A stretch of DNA of 61,332 nt from a virus (taxonomy: Duplodnaviria > Caudoviricetes): IMG/VR virus record IMGVR_UViG_3300017996_000001, positions 1-61,332 of that record; one strand, 5' to 3'. The notes below the pieces were generated by a model. That model was not told the origin of the DNA. It made no database searches and worked only from the letters and a program-made list of their open reading frames with translations. Below, piece by piece: positions 17,955 to 27,900 of the stretch. Position 1 is the stretch's first letter. The number at the start of each line of letters is the position of its first letter. Made by a program: the position numbers and the translations under genes.

Positions 17955-19502
17955 ATGAACCCAACCGATGAACAACTCTCAATCATCCAATCCACTCGCA
18001 GCTCTCCAGCTTCACTTCGAATACTCGCGTATGCTGGCTGCGGCAAGACCACTACACTTCAGCTACTGGGAGAGACCATCAAATCCCCTGCTCTTGCCCT
18101 CGCGTTCAACAAATCAACTGCAAATGAGTTTAGCAAGCGCTTTGCAGGAAACTTCACCACCAAGACCATCAACAGCCTTGGCTACGGAGCCTGGACCCGA
18201 GCTAATCCACAAGTCGCCAGCTGGAAACTAGACGCTAACAAGACCGGCAAGCTAGTGACCCAAATCTCCAAGGACCGCAAGCTTGACCTAACCAGCGATC
18301 AGTGGGATTCCGCCCGTCGGCTCACCAGCGCAGCCATGCAAGCTGGCATCACTCCCGGAGACATCGGAGATCCGATGGCCCCAGATACCGAGGATTCCTG
18401 GCTATCCCTAGCCGAACAACTTTACCTGGACCCAGACGATGCAGCACTTTTACTTGACATTGCGCATGAGGCCCTCGAACGAGACATTCTCGAGGCGAAG
18501 AGAGGGACTATATCGTTCGATGACCAGGTCTATTGTCCCACGGTCCTGGGAGGAAAATGGGCCAAATTCCCGGTTGTGCTGGGAGATGAGGCCCAAGACT
18601 TCAGCCCACTTAACCACAGAATACTTGCCCTCAGCCTTCGGCCCGACGGAAGACTGATCGTGTGTGGAGATCCCAAGCAGTCTATCTATGGCTTTCGTGG
18701 CGCGGACCACCAGTCTATGGATACCCTGCTGGGCCTTCGGCCTGATTGGCAGTCCCTCCCCCTTACTCTGACCTATCGGTGCCCCCATGCTATCGTCGAA
18801 AGACAGCAAACCCATGCCCCTGGCTTTAGGGCCGCAGCTGAGGCGCCAGAGGGCCAGATTAAACATGTGCGTAATCCCGAGCACACCTTATGCGAATCCT
18901 GGCCTGGATGGACCTTTACAACAATCATGGAAAGCCTTCCGAGTCCTGAATCCTCAGCTGCAATCCTTTGCCGCAACAATGGACCATTGCTTGGTCTTGC
19001 TTTCAAGCTCATTCGACGAGGCATCGGACCAGTAATGCTCGGCCGTGACATTGGCAAAGGTCTAGTGTCCCTCAGCAGAAAGATTTCCCCCGATGACAAC
19101 ACACCAGCAGCTAGCTTTGCCTCTGCCATCCTTGACTGGGAGCTTCACGAGACGAGCCTTGCGCGGGCAAATGATCACGAGGAACGAATTGCAGGGATTG
19201 TTGACCGAGCCGAATGTCTCAGGGCTACGCTGGCTAACTCAGAAGCGCGTGATGCCGGCACGGTTAGAGTTCTTCTTGAGCGCCTATTTGCGCGAGAGTC
19301 TGGCCAGATCACCCTTAGCTCCATCCACAAGGCCAAAGGACTCGAGTGGGACCTAGTCCTTCATCTCGATCCCTGGCGTATTCCAGCAAAGCAAGCCAAG
19401 GGCAACCCAGCTCAGATGGCCCAAGAGCTGAATCTACGCTATGTGGCCGAAACTCGGTCCAAACACACCCTGATACTGGCCAACCTTGCTGACTTCAGAT
19501 AG
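17955..19502 (+). CDS. SF1 (UvrD/Rep-like) helicase
   Basis: AYAGCGKT, DEAQD, GDPKQSIYGFRGA, TYRCP, SIHKAKGLEW, YVAETR. Confidence 0.93.
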   Translation: MNPTDEQLSIIQSTRSSPASLRILAYAGCGKTTTLQLLGETIKSPALALAFNKSTANEFSKRFAGNFTTKTINSLGYGAWTRANPQVASWKLDANKTGKLVTQISKDRKLDLTSDQWDSARRLTSAAMQAGITPGDIGDPMAPDTEDSWLSLAEQLYLDPDDAALLLDIAHEALERDILEAKRGTISFDDQVYCPTVLGGKWAKFPVVLGDEAQDFSPLNHRILALSLRPDGRLIVCGDPKQSIYGFRGADHQSMDTLLGLRPDWQSLPLTLTYRCPHAIVERQQTHAPGFRAAAEAPEGQIKHVRNPEHTLCESWPGWTFTTIMESLPSPESSAAILCRNNGPLLGLAFKLIRRGIGPVMLGRDIGKGLVSLSRKISPDDNTPAASFASAILDWELHETSLARANDHEERIAGIVDRAECLRATLANSEARDAGTVRVLLERLFARESGQITLSSIHKAKGLEWDLVLHLDPWRIPAKQAKGNPAQMAQELNLRYVAETRSKHTLILANLADFR

Positions 19503-19513
19503 GAGCCTAGCTG

Positions 19514-19873
19514 ATGACAACCTACCATGACCCCGATCGCCCTCGGCTTCTCAATCAGCAGCCCTGCTGGCTTGGAACCCTGATCTCCCTTCCCAGGCTT
19601 GAGGTCTGGCCAACCGAGGGCAGTGGAACCCTAGACATAAGTCTATGGCACTTCACTGGGACTGGCTTCAGCCGCCAGACCATCCAGATCGGGTACCATC
19701 AGATCTCCCAGCTGCTTGAGGAATGGGCCCTGGACCCAGAATCGACTCTCAAGTCCCGCTGGGCCCTCAACCCGCCAGCCCTCGGCTCCAGCGGCCACAG
19801 TATCACCAAGGGCCAAGGGCACGAAATCGTAATCGCCAGTGAGGCTATTAGTGATGAGGATCTAGGGATATGA
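19514..19873 (+). CDS. Hypothetical protein ending ISDEDLGI
   Basis: AGGAG RBS. Confidence 0.7.
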   Translation: MTTYHDPDRPRLLNQQPCWLGTLISLPRLEVWPTEGSGTLDISLWHFTGTGFSRQTIQIGYHQISQLLEEWALDPESTLKSRWALNPPALGSSGHSITKGQGHEIVIASEAISDEDLGI

Positions 19874-19933
19874 GCGGAAGGGTTCCCCCGACCCACAAAC
19901 CCACGTTCTCACCCACGCTCTGCCCCACGTTTC

Positions 19934-19962
19934 TTGAAAAAACCTCCGCCCCATGCTATTAT
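19934..19962 (+). promoter_or_regulatory. sigma70-type promoter for the replication operon
   Basis: TTGAAA-17 bp-TATTAT with extended TG; preceded by three CCCACG boxes. Confidence 0.7.
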
Positions 19963-19984
19963 CTCCCTTTCCGAGGGCCTTCCC

Positions 19985-20467
19985 ATGCAAATAAAAGTCC
20001 TCCACTACACCTTCACTCTCTCCGAGCCATACCAACCAGGCCACCAGCTTACCCTAGGGGAGGCTCAAGCCCTCAATTCCCTCCGCACTGACCAAATCCG
20101 CGCAAAGGGCGCGCGGCTAGTTGCCCGTGCCCAGGTGCCCTTTGGTCAAGGGCAGATTCTTCCCCAACCAATTCTCGATTCTGTCAGATCCTCCATCAGC
20201 CAGCTAGACCTAGCTTTTGAATTCAAGCCACACCCAACAGTAAGTCCACCAACTCCCAAACCTGGAACTCTCGAAGCCGCGATTTGGGAAGTGGCCAGCA
20301 TCGAGCTAGAACTTGAAGCTGCTAAGTCGGGCTTCCCGCCTCCCAGCCAAGCTCAGATAGCCGCCCGAGCTTGCGAGGCCGAGATCATCGAATCCGGCCG
20401 CCGGCGCTATGCCCAGTACCAGGACGTAGCCGCGCAGGAACTTGCAGCTTTGCTGGGAGACCTCTGA
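19985..20467 (+). CDS. Conserved-looking hypothetical phage protein
   Basis: ATG at 19985 after GAGGG; PYQPGHQLTLGEAQALN; ends LLGDL. Confidence 0.75.
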   Translation: MQIKVLHYTFTLSEPYQPGHQLTLGEAQALNSLRTDQIRAKGARLVARAQVPFGQGQILPQPILDSVRSSISQLDLAFEFKPHPTVSPPTPKPGTLEAAIWEVASIELELEAAKSGFPPPSQAQIAARACEAEIIESGRRRYAQYQDVAAQELAALLGDL

Positions 20468-20697
20468 TGGACCTACTCACAAGCTCGACTATGAAGCTGT
20501 TTATGCCAGTGCTGGGACCGCAGATCCCAGATAATCCCTTTGACCGCACTAACAGCATCCTTGGCCTCACCGTCCAGCGGACCATTCGCAGAGCATGTCA
20601 GGAGAAATTCACATTGACACAGCTACCATCATCTGGATTATCCAGGCCGCAATCTTCCTTGGAATCCTTTTCTGGGCAGCAAATCGATGAGCACTGA
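20467..20697 (+). CDS. Small hypothetical protein
   Basis: TGATG coupling; fills the gap between neighbours. Confidence 0.45.
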   Translation: MDLLTSSTMKLFMPVLGPQIPDNPFDRTNSILGLTVQRTIRRACQEKFTLTQLPSSGLSRPQSSLESFSGQQIDEH

Positions 20698-20971
20698 TCC
20701 CGAGTTACAGGATATCCTATACCTCGCTCTGCAGGAGCCCATCGGCCTGGTGCTAGTAACCAACGATCCTCATCGCGCGCGGCAGAGGCTCTACCGAGCT
20801 AGGACTGAGATCCAGGACCCAGCCCTTGAGATTCTCCAAATCAGGATGAGCCCCCTGGGCGGATCCGGCAGCTCCGCTCCCGGTGATCTCGTGATCTGCA
20901 AGCGCCAAGAGCCAGCCAAGGCTCCCCAGCCAGTTCTCCCACCTGTGTCCCTCTCCGACCTAGGACTCTAA
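20687..20971 (+). CDS. Hypothetical protein ending VSLSDLGL
   Basis: ARQRLYRAR core; packed in the operon. Confidence 0.7.
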   Translation: MSTDPELQDILYLALQEPIGLVLVTNDPHRARQRLYRARTEIQDPALEILQIRMSPLGGSGSSAPGDLVICKRQEPAKAPQPVLPPVSLSDLGL

Positions 20972-20974
20972 CCC

Positions 20975-21202
20975 ATGGCCAAGCGATCTCCCCTGCCCCA
21001 ATCCCGTCGTCATATCATGGTATTTGATGAAGATTGGGCCTACATCACCAGCACCTACGGAATCAGCTCCCCCAATCCTATAGGAGCCGGGGAGATGTGC
21101 AAGAGCATGATCCATGCCTATGTGCGAGCACTCAAGGCTAAGGCCATCAGACGGATTGATGAGGCAGAGCCAGCAGAACTCCAGTCACTTCTCCAAGTCT
21201 AG
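20975..21202 (+). CDS. Possible ribbon-helix-helix DNA-binding protein
   Basis: Beta-strand RRHIMVF followed by two helices. Confidence 0.55.
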   Translation: MAKRSPLPQSRRHIMVFDEDWAYITSTYGISSPNPIGAGEMCKSMIHAYVRALKAKAIRRIDEAEPAELQSLLQV

Positions 21203-21214
21203 GAGGCACCTGCA

Positions 21215-21451
21215 TTGCCCTCCCTTCTCCTACTCCTGGCCCTCTACCAGTATGGCAACGGCTGCTGGAGCCAAAACACGGGCCCAGTCTATTGCCCCAG
21301 CAATCCCGTCTATGCCTGGGAACAAAGTGGCCAACAGCAGCAAGAACGGATCGCAGTCTGCGGGCACAAATTTGACTCCCAGGCCCTAAGCCCAGCAAGC
21401 CGCCAGCTCCTAATCCACCAGTGCGAAATAGGCCAACCAGCTAGCCCCTAG
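21215..21451 (+). CDS. Small exported Cys-containing protein
   Basis: AGGAGG RBS with TTG start; hydrophobic N-terminus; four Cys. Confidence 0.55.
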   Translation: MPSLLLLLALYQYGNGCWSQNTGPVYCPSNPVYAWEQSGQQQQERIAVCGHKFDSQALSPASRQLLIHQCEIGQPASP

Positions 21452-21483
21452 CCAGCCGCCAGCCCGCCCCCGAGGAATCAGCT

Positions 21484-21732
21484 ATGTCCAACCAGCTCCC
21501 CCAGACTACCATCCTAGCCGAGGCCAGCCCTGAGTCCTTCACGGAACTCATGAACAGGGACCCCCTCGGCTTCACGCGTCAGGACCGAGACGCCATCGTG
21601 GCAGCCCTCCGAGCGCACAGGGAGCGGCTAGAGAAAACAGCTGCCAGTGCCCCAACCAAGGTCCGCAAGGCCATAGCTCTCAGCTCCCCAGCCGATGCGC
21701 AGCCGGTGAGCGATGAGGACTTGGGAATATGA
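21484..21732 (+). CDS. Hypothetical protein ending VSDEDLGI
   Basis: GAGGA RBS. Confidence 0.75.
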   Translation: MSNQLPQTTILAEASPESFTELMNRDPLGFTRQDRDAIVAALRAHRERLEKTAASAPTKVRKAIALSSPADAQPVSDEDLGI

Positions 21733-22703
21733 GCGCCCAACTGCCAGCTCTGCTCCCGCGCCCACTCAACTCCAGCTTCAGCACCAAGCTCCCCACCCTC
21801 CAACTGGGCATCGACTCCACCAGCCTCGGGGAGTTCAAAATCTGCCCCCGGCGGTACTACTACTCCCTTGTGGAAGGCTGGCAGACTCGCCTCCAGTCCG
21901 CCCATCTTGTCTTCGGAATTGCACTGCATAAAGCTCGGGAGACCTATGACTATGCAAGAAGCTCGGGAGCAGGACATGAGGACGCCCTTGACAAATCTTT
22001 GGGGGAAGTCCTCCAGTCTACATGGAACTCGGAGCTTGGCCGCCCGTGGCTTTCCGATATTCCAATCAAGACTCGGGTCACCCTTGTCCGAACCGTGGTT
22101 TGGTACCTCGATACCCTCGGCCAGGATGACCCCCTCCAAACCGTTCAACTCGCTAATGGCCGCCCTGCGGTCGAGCTTAGCTTCAGGTTCGACAGCGGAT
22201 ACAGGTCACGACTGACCGGCGAAGCCTTCCTGTTCTGCGGCCACTTAGACCGCATTGCGAGGTTCCATGAGCAATACTACATCGTTGACATCAAAACCAC
22301 TGGCCATTCCCTTGATGAACGGTTCTTTGGTCAGTTTACTCCGGATAACCAGATGTCCCTTTACGCTCTTGCGGGTCGGGTGGGGTACTCTATCCCTGTC
22401 TCGGGCCTCATTATCGATGGTGTACAGATTGGAGTCGGATTTAGCCGATTCTCTCGCTTCCCAATCACACGAGACGAAGCGCAAATCAATGAGTGGTACG
22501 AAGGCGCCGGGCATTGGCTAGCTCAGATTGAGCACTGTGCTGCGACTGGTAGTTGGCCACAGAACGACAAGAGCTGTGGAGTCTACGGTGGCTGCCAATT
22601 TCGCAAGGTCTGCAGTCGCAGTCCCGTAGCCCGCCAGACTTGGCTAGAAGCCAACTTCACTCGCCGGGTCTGGGATCCACTCGTAGCCCGAGGTGAGACA
22701 TGA
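21729..22703 (+). CDS. PD-(D/E)XK exonuclease (RecB/Cas4-like, Fe-S type)
   Basis: CPRRYYY, GHLDRI, VDIKTT, QMSLY, C...GGCQFRKVC. Confidence 0.9.
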   Translation: MSAQLPALLPRPLNSSFSTKLPTLQLGIDSTSLGEFKICPRRYYYSLVEGWQTRLQSAHLVFGIALHKARETYDYARSSGAGHEDALDKSLGEVLQSTWNSELGRPWLSDIPIKTRVTLVRTVVWYLDTLGQDDPLQTVQLANGRPAVELSFRFDSGYRSRLTGEAFLFCGHLDRIARFHEQYYIVDIKTTGHSLDERFFGQFTPDNQMSLYALAGRVGYSIPVSGLIIDGVQIGVGFSRFSRFPITRDEAQINEWYEGAGHWLAQIEHCAATGSWPQNDKSCGVYGGCQFRKVCSRSPVARQTWLEANFTRRVWDPLVARGET

Positions 22704-22733
22704 CCCAAGCCCTCCAACTTAGGATACACGCCT

Positions 22734-23582
22734 TTGCCCAACTTCCGCGACTACCCAGCCAGTCAAATCACCAAGATGCTGCTCCTCGGCCATACGGGAG
22801 CCGGCAAGACCGGCGCACTGTGTAGCCTTGCGGCCGCTGGCTATAACGTCAGGCTCCTGGATCTGGACAAGGGAGCGGAGATTATTAAAGACTTCCTTAT
22901 CAACCCGAAATCTATTTATACCCGTGCTAACCCAGGGCATTGGACTGCCGAACAGGCAGCTGCAGTCCTCGATCGCTTCAGCTATGTCGAGATTGACGAG
23001 TCAGTCAGCGTCAAGGGACCAAACCTAATAGCTCGCGGCGACGCCTGGCAAAAGATCACCACCCAGCTAGGAGCCTGGAAAGATGGAACTTCCGATTTCG
23101 GTAATGTCAGCAACTGGGGACCAGAGGATATTCTCGTTATCGACGGGCTCTCCAGGCTCAGCCGCGCTGCCCTTAACTACATACGGGCTATGGAGGGCAA
23201 AATGCTCGCTCCTCTTGAGCAATCGCATTACTTCAAGTCACAGAACCTCGTTGAGGGTATACTGGAACTGCTATACAGCTCTGCAGTCAACACTAATATC
23301 ATCATGATCTGCCATATAGCCTACGGCGAGATGCCTGGCTCCCAGCTCACTCGTGGCTTCCCTCAGACCATCGGCAAGGCCATCGGGCCAAAAGTTGGCC
23401 AGTACTTCAACCACGCCCTTCGAGTCAAGGCCAGCGGGCAAGGCAGCCTCGAAAAACGCATGATCCTAACCAATACCAGCGATATGATCGAACTCAAGTC
23501 TGCCGCGCCGTTGCGGGTCAAGGCCGAATATCCGATCGAAACCGGACTTGCAGATTACTTTGCAGATGTGAGGGCGAGATGA
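22734..23582 (+). CDS. AAA_24/Sak4-like P-loop ATPase
   Basis: GHTGAGKT, LLDLD, LVIDGLS, IMICH; lies between the nuclease and SSB. Confidence 0.85.
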   Translation: MPNFRDYPASQITKMLLLGHTGAGKTGALCSLAAAGYNVRLLDLDKGAEIIKDFLINPKSIYTRANPGHWTAEQAAAVLDRFSYVEIDESVSVKGPNLIARGDAWQKITTQLGAWKDGTSDFGNVSNWGPEDILVIDGLSRLSRAALNYIRAMEGKMLAPLEQSHYFKSQNLVEGILELLYSSAVNTNIIMICHIAYGEMPGSQLTRGFPQTIGKAIGPKVGQYFNHALRVKASGQGSLEKRMILTNTSDMIELKSAAPLRVKAEYPIETGLADYFADVRAR

Positions 23583-23795
23583 AGGCTCTAGGCCGAGAAC
23601 CCACCAATCCTTTTCTTGGGAAATATATCTCCACTACCTGGAGAGATTTCGCTTGGGATCTTACTAACAAATTCGAGCTTCCATTCATCAATACCCTCTC
23701 CCACGCAGTTCTCTCCAGATCTAGCAGCCTTGCTGCTGATGCCAGAACGGAGGACGCTGGCAAATTCGTCCTCCCACTCACCAGGACCAACTCTC

Positions 23796-24251
23796 ATGGC
23801 AGCTGACTTTTCTCAACTCCTCTCAGTCCCTCTCGACTCCATCAAAAAGCCCCCGATCCTCCCGGCCGGGGACTATCCTGGCATCATTAAGCAGTACGAA
23901 CTTGGAGACGCCAACAAAAACAAGACTCCCTACATTCGCTTCAACCTAGTCCCGACTGACTGGGCAGTCACCACCGAGGACACTTGGCTTGACTCCGAAG
24001 GAGCCTCGCATTCCAAGTCCGATGTGGACCTGTCCAAGCGTCAGTTCCGCCGAGACTATTTCCTGACCCAGGACGCTCTTTGGCGCCTTACGGACCTCAT
24101 GAAGGGCTGCGGACTGGAGCTAGCAGGTAAGCAGATCCAGGACGTGCTGCCGGAACTTATCGGCTGTCAGGTGCTGATTGAAATCCAGCAGTACCTCAGC
24201 GAGAAGTCCGGCGAGTTTGGCAACCAGGTCGGCAAGGTCGTCGGAGTCTAG
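23796..24251 (+). CDS. ssb: Single-stranded DNA-binding protein (DUF669/gp2.5-like)
   Basis: PPILPAGDYPGII...TPYIRF...ALWRLTDLM; standard nuclease-ATPase-SSB order. Confidence 0.7.
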   Translation: MAADFSQLLSVPLDSIKKPPILPAGDYPGIIKQYELGDANKNKTPYIRFNLVPTDWAVTTEDTWLDSEGASHSKSDVDLSKRQFRRDYFLTQDALWRLTDLMKGCGLELAGKQIQDVLPELIGCQVLIEIQQYLSEKSGEFGNQVGKVVGV

Positions 24252-24268
24252 GCTCTGCCAGTAACTAG

Positions 24269-24295
24269 TTGGGGGGCGCTCTGCCCCCCAATTCT
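24269..24295 (+). terminator. Stem-loop after ssb
   Basis: TTGGGGGGC-GCTCT-GCCCCCCAA-TTCT. Confidence 0.55.
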
Positions 24296-24325
24296 CCCTC
24301 AGCTTCCAACCCGGACCCTCTCCCC

Positions 24326-25747
24326 ATGGCCATCACTGACGAGTTCCGCCGCCTGCCACTGACCTCTATCCTAGTCGACCGTGAAGCCCGCCAGCGCCGA
24401 GAGATCAAAACCGAGGGCCTCTTCGGTTCCATAGCTCTCCGCGGCGTCATCAATCCAATCATAGTGGAGTCTCGTGATGGAACCCTCGGTTTTGGAATAT
24501 ATCTCGTGGCCGGGGAGCGCAGGCTTGAGGCGTCTCGTGAACTCGAACTTCCGGATATACCCGTGCGGTTCGCCAGCGATCTCAGCCCTACCGAGTCTGC
24601 AATCTTCGAGCTTGAGGAGAATATCAAACGGCGGGATCTCGAGTGGCAGGAACTTGTCGGAGCTGTTGCCTCAATCCATAAACTATACTTGGACTCGAAT
24701 CCCGACTGGACCCTAACTGAAACCGCTGAGGCCCTGAGTCTAACCAAAGGCCACGTCAGCAAATACCTAAAGATCAGCGAGTTCCTCCATGATCCCAAGA
24801 TTTCCGATGCCAGTACCTATGCCGAGGCCTATAATACTCTCACTCGCCGAGACCAGAGAGCCATCGGCGATGCCCTTCAGGAGATGTTCGACACAACGGA
24901 GCTGGTTGTTAAGCCCGATTCTCCAGCTGGATCAAATCCAGATGTCAGTCTTGGAGAGCGTAGCAGCAGTCTCCGTAATGGATTTCCCCCAGCGCCATCA
25001 CTCGGCGATGCATCCATCTCGGATCTGGTAGCTCCGGCTCAGCCAGCTGTTTCCATCCACCAGCTCAGTTTTCTAGATTGGGCCCCCAGTTACTCTGGTC
25101 CCAAGTTCAACCTAATCCACTGTGATTTCCCCTACGGCATAGACGTGTTTGCCGGCGGCCAGGCCAGTGGCAGCGGAGGCCCCAAGTATGACGATAGCCA
25201 AGATATCTACTGGCAACTCCTTACCTGCTTCTGCCAGAACCTCTCCAGATTTATGTCCATCGCCGGGCATATCATGTTCTGGTACTCCGGCCGCCGTGAT
25301 GGAGAGGCTAAGACCAAAGACTTTATACGAGCAAATGCTCCCAGCCTTCGAGTCTTTGATCTGCCGTTGGTCTGGGTTAAGTCCGATAACTCTGGGCTGG
25401 TTACCGACGTTCGCCGACAGCCCCGACACATCTACGAGACTTGCCTCTTACTTAGCCGAGGAGATCAACACCTTGTCCAGCCGATGGCGGACGCATACGT
25501 AAGTCCCTCCGATCGGAGTCTTCACCCCAGCTGCAAACCCGAGCCCATGCTTCGCCACTTCATGACTATGCTAGTGGATACTAACACTCGCTTCCTAGAT
25601 CCAACCTGTGGCAGCGCCAGTAGCCTCCGCGCTGCCGAGAGCCTCGGAGCCAGGGAAGTCTTAGGCCTAGAGATCGACCCAGAATACTTCGAGACTTCCA
25701 CTCGCGCCCTACGCAAGTTCCGCAGCCTTAGGAGAGCCTCACTATGA
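24326..25747 (+). CDS. ParB/Srx-domain N6/N4 DNA methyltransferase fusion
   Basis: GVINPIIV...LVAGERRLEA...ENIKR (ParB); IHCDFPYG, HPSCKP and FLDPTCGS (beta-class MTase). Confidence 0.88.
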   Translation: MAITDEFRRLPLTSILVDREARQRREIKTEGLFGSIALRGVINPIIVESRDGTLGFGIYLVAGERRLEASRELELPDIPVRFASDLSPTESAIFELEENIKRRDLEWQELVGAVASIHKLYLDSNPDWTLTETAEALSLTKGHVSKYLKISEFLHDPKISDASTYAEAYNTLTRRDQRAIGDALQEMFDTTELVVKPDSPAGSNPDVSLGERSSSLRNGFPPAPSLGDASISDLVAPAQPAVSIHQLSFLDWAPSYSGPKFNLIHCDFPYGIDVFAGGQASGSGGPKYDDSQDIYWQLLTCFCQNLSRFMSIAGHIMFWYSGRRDGEAKTKDFIRANAPSLRVFDLPLVWVKSDNSGLVTDVRRQPRHIYETCLLLSRGDQHLVQPMADAYVSPSDRSLHPSCKPEPMLRHFMTMLVDTNTRFLDPTCGSASSLRAAESLGAREVLGLEIDPEYFETSTRALRKFRSLRRASL

Positions 25748-26139
25748 GAGCAGAAAGCCGCCGGCCCAAGAGACCAGATCATATCTGGACTCCACAGGAA
25801 GACTCCATCCTCCTGTCTGAAGCCATGTCTCGCAAGCAGATCGCCTGGATGCTAGGAATCGGCATCACCACAGTCGATCGGCGGGCCACTCATCTCGGCC
25901 TAGCTAAGCGCAAGGCCCCAGCCCAAGACCTCTACCGCATGACAGCGTGTATCAGCAGCCAGCAGGGCAAATTTATTATCCAGGAGGCTCGCATCCGCCG
26001 AACTACCAGATCGAACATTATCCGACAGGCTCTTGACCTTTATGCCAAATTCCAGCGCCAGCGGGCCACCAGTAGCCAAATCCAGGAGACCAATTATGAC
26101 ACAACTGCCCCCCGATCTGAGGAAATTCAGTCATGCTGA
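25744..26139 (+). CDS. DNA-binding protein (Myb/HTH plus RHH-like)
   Basis: WTPQEDSIL...IAWMLG...RATHLGL; RSNIIRQALD. Confidence 0.65.
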   Translation: MRAESRRPKRPDHIWTPQEDSILLSEAMSRKQIAWMLGIGITTVDRRATHLGLAKRKAPAQDLYRMTACISSQQGKFIIQEARIRRTTRSNIIRQALDLYAKFQRQRATSSQIQETNYDTTAPRSEEIQSC

Positions 26140-26734
26140 ATGGGACACACTACTTGAGGCTACCATTAGCCAGATTAAGTCGCTCGCTAGCCTTAAAGGC
26201 GCCGAGTACGCAGGAGATTCCGATCGCCTCGCAAATTTTCGGCGCGGCGGCGCAGAGCTTGGAGTCCCAGCTGAGGAGGTCTGGTGGATATACACGTATA
26301 AGCATTGGGCTGCCATTACACAGTATATTAGTGACATTCGAGCTGGAAGATCCCGCCTACGGACTGAGCCTATTTCTGGAAGGCTTGATGACCTAATTGT
26401 CTATAGCATTTTGCTAAAAGCCATAGTGATTGAGCGGGAACGGCTGCCGGCCCCTGCGCCAGAGATCTCTAGTTCTCCAGTCTGTCAAGGGTTCTGGCGT
26501 CCTTACTCTGAGTACCCAAAAGCCGAACGCCCAGCCGTCTCTCTCCGTATCAATCGCTTTGCGAACTATGAATATCTTGGTCGAAAGGTTCCGATGGATA
26601 TTCCGCGTCTTTCCCGCAATTGGTCCGAAGATGACCTTGAATGGCTTGACGAGGCCCCCGTCTGGCCAACGGCCCACGTGGCGACACCCGAGGCTCCCCA
26701 AATCGACCCTGCTCCCGTGGGCCGACCTGTATGA
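26096..26734 (+). CDS. DUF1599/Nmad1-like (nucleotide-modification-associated) protein
   Basis: KGAEYAGDSDRLANF...GRLDDLIVYSILL; AGGAG RBS before 26096. Confidence 0.65.
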   Translation: MTQLPPDLRKFSHAEWDTLLEATISQIKSLASLKGAEYAGDSDRLANFRRGGAELGVPAEEVWWIYTYKHWAAITQYISDIRAGRSRLRTEPISGRLDDLIVYSILLKAIVIERERLPAPAPEISSSPVCQGFWRPYSEYPKAERPAVSLRINRFANYEYLGRKVPMDIPRLSRNWSEDDLEWLDEAPVWPTAHVATPEAPQIDPAPVGRPV

Positions 26735-27900
26735 CGGCCCACGAACCCATATCCGCTTACTGTGGGCCTCCAAATCCCAAGCTTCTGCTAGTTGGCGAAG
26801 CCTTTGGGGGCAACGAGGCCGATATTCGCAAGCCCTTCGTAGGCGAAGCTGGGAAGGAACTGTTCCGCATCCTGGGCGAAGCCATGCCAGATCTTGAACC
26901 AGAGCTTCACTGCCAGATCCAGGAGCTATTCAAATACGGCCCCGCCTGGGCCAAGCGCAGGGAAGATTGGCTAGCAGCTGCCAGCATCGGCCTCACCAAT
27001 GTATTCAACCTAAGGCCAGCGAACAATGACATCAGTCAGCTCTTCGAAACTAAGAAAGAATCCGCCGCCAGCCCTGACTACGATCTCCCGCTCTATCGCA
27101 TTTCGGGTTCTCCGGGCAAAAGCTGCCTTAAACCCGAATTTCGAGCTGAGATCTCGCGTCTCATGGCCGAGATCGAGCGCTACCGCCCGAACCTCATCGT
27201 CGCACTTGGTAATACAGCCTCTTGGGCCGTGGCCGGGGTATCGGGAATATCTACAATTCGAGGAACCCTATGTCTTGCCAAGGGAACTTCCAGCCCTTGC
27301 AAGGTTCTCCCCACTTATCACCCGGCTGGGATTCTGCGAAACTGGTCTTGGCGAAGCATTGTTGTTGCAGACCTTATTAAAGCCAGAAGGGAAATGGAGT
27401 TCAGCGAGATCATTCGCCCAGCTCGCAAGATACTTATCAATCCAACGCTGGTGGAACTGGAGGATTGGGTCCAATGGACGCTAGCACACCCCCCATCGTT
27501 GCTCAGCTGCGATATAGAGACGGCCTATTCTCAAATTACATGTATTGGGTTCGCGAGGTCCAAGTCCGAAGCCGTCGTAATTCCATTCTTGAACAAGACG
27601 AATCCAGGATGGCATTACTGGTTGGACAGCTCTGGCGAGCTGTACGCTTGGGATCTGGTAGCGAAGCTCCTAGCCAGTCCAATCCCCAAGCTAGGCCAGA
27701 ATTTCGTCTACGACCTCCAGTACCTACTACGCATGGGCCTACGAGTTAATGCCTACCATCACGACACCATGCTGCTGCATCATAGCCTGTTTCCCGAACT
27801 CCAGAAAGGCCTAGGCTTTCTTGGCAGTATCTACACCAGCGAGCCTGCCTGGAAACTCATGCGGCACTTCAAGCCAGACACGGAAAAGCGAGATGAGTAG
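26731..27900 (+). CDS. Family-4-like uracil-DNA glycosylase fused to a partial 3'-5' exonuclease (ExoI and ExoII)
   Basis: VGEAFGGNE...PFVGEAG, TYHPAGILR; SCDIET, GQNFVYDL, DTMLLH. Confidence 0.88.
   Translation: MTAHEPISAYCGPPNPKLLLVGEAFGGNEADIRKPFVGEAGKELFRILGEAMPDLEPELHCQIQELFKYGPAWAKRREDWLAAASIGLTNVFNLRPANNDISQLFETKKESAASPDYDLPLYRISGSPGKSCLKPEFRAEISRLMAEIERYRPNLIVALGNTASWAVAGVSGISTIRGTLCLAKGTSSPCKVLPTYHPAGILRNWSWRSIVVADLIKARREMEFSEIIRPARKILINPTLVELEDWVQWTLAHPPSLLSCDIETAYSQITCIGFARSKSEAVVIPFLNKTNPGWHYWLDSSGELYAWDLVAKLLASPIPKLGQNFVYDLQYLLRMGLRVNAYHHDTMLLHHSLFPELQKGLGFLGSIYTSEPAWKLMRHFKPDTEKRDE

Noticed and set aside
19870-20091. 73-aa ORF coupled to the upstream stop
   Set aside because: It crosses the CCCACG boxes and a strong promoter and is low-complexity; probably spurious.
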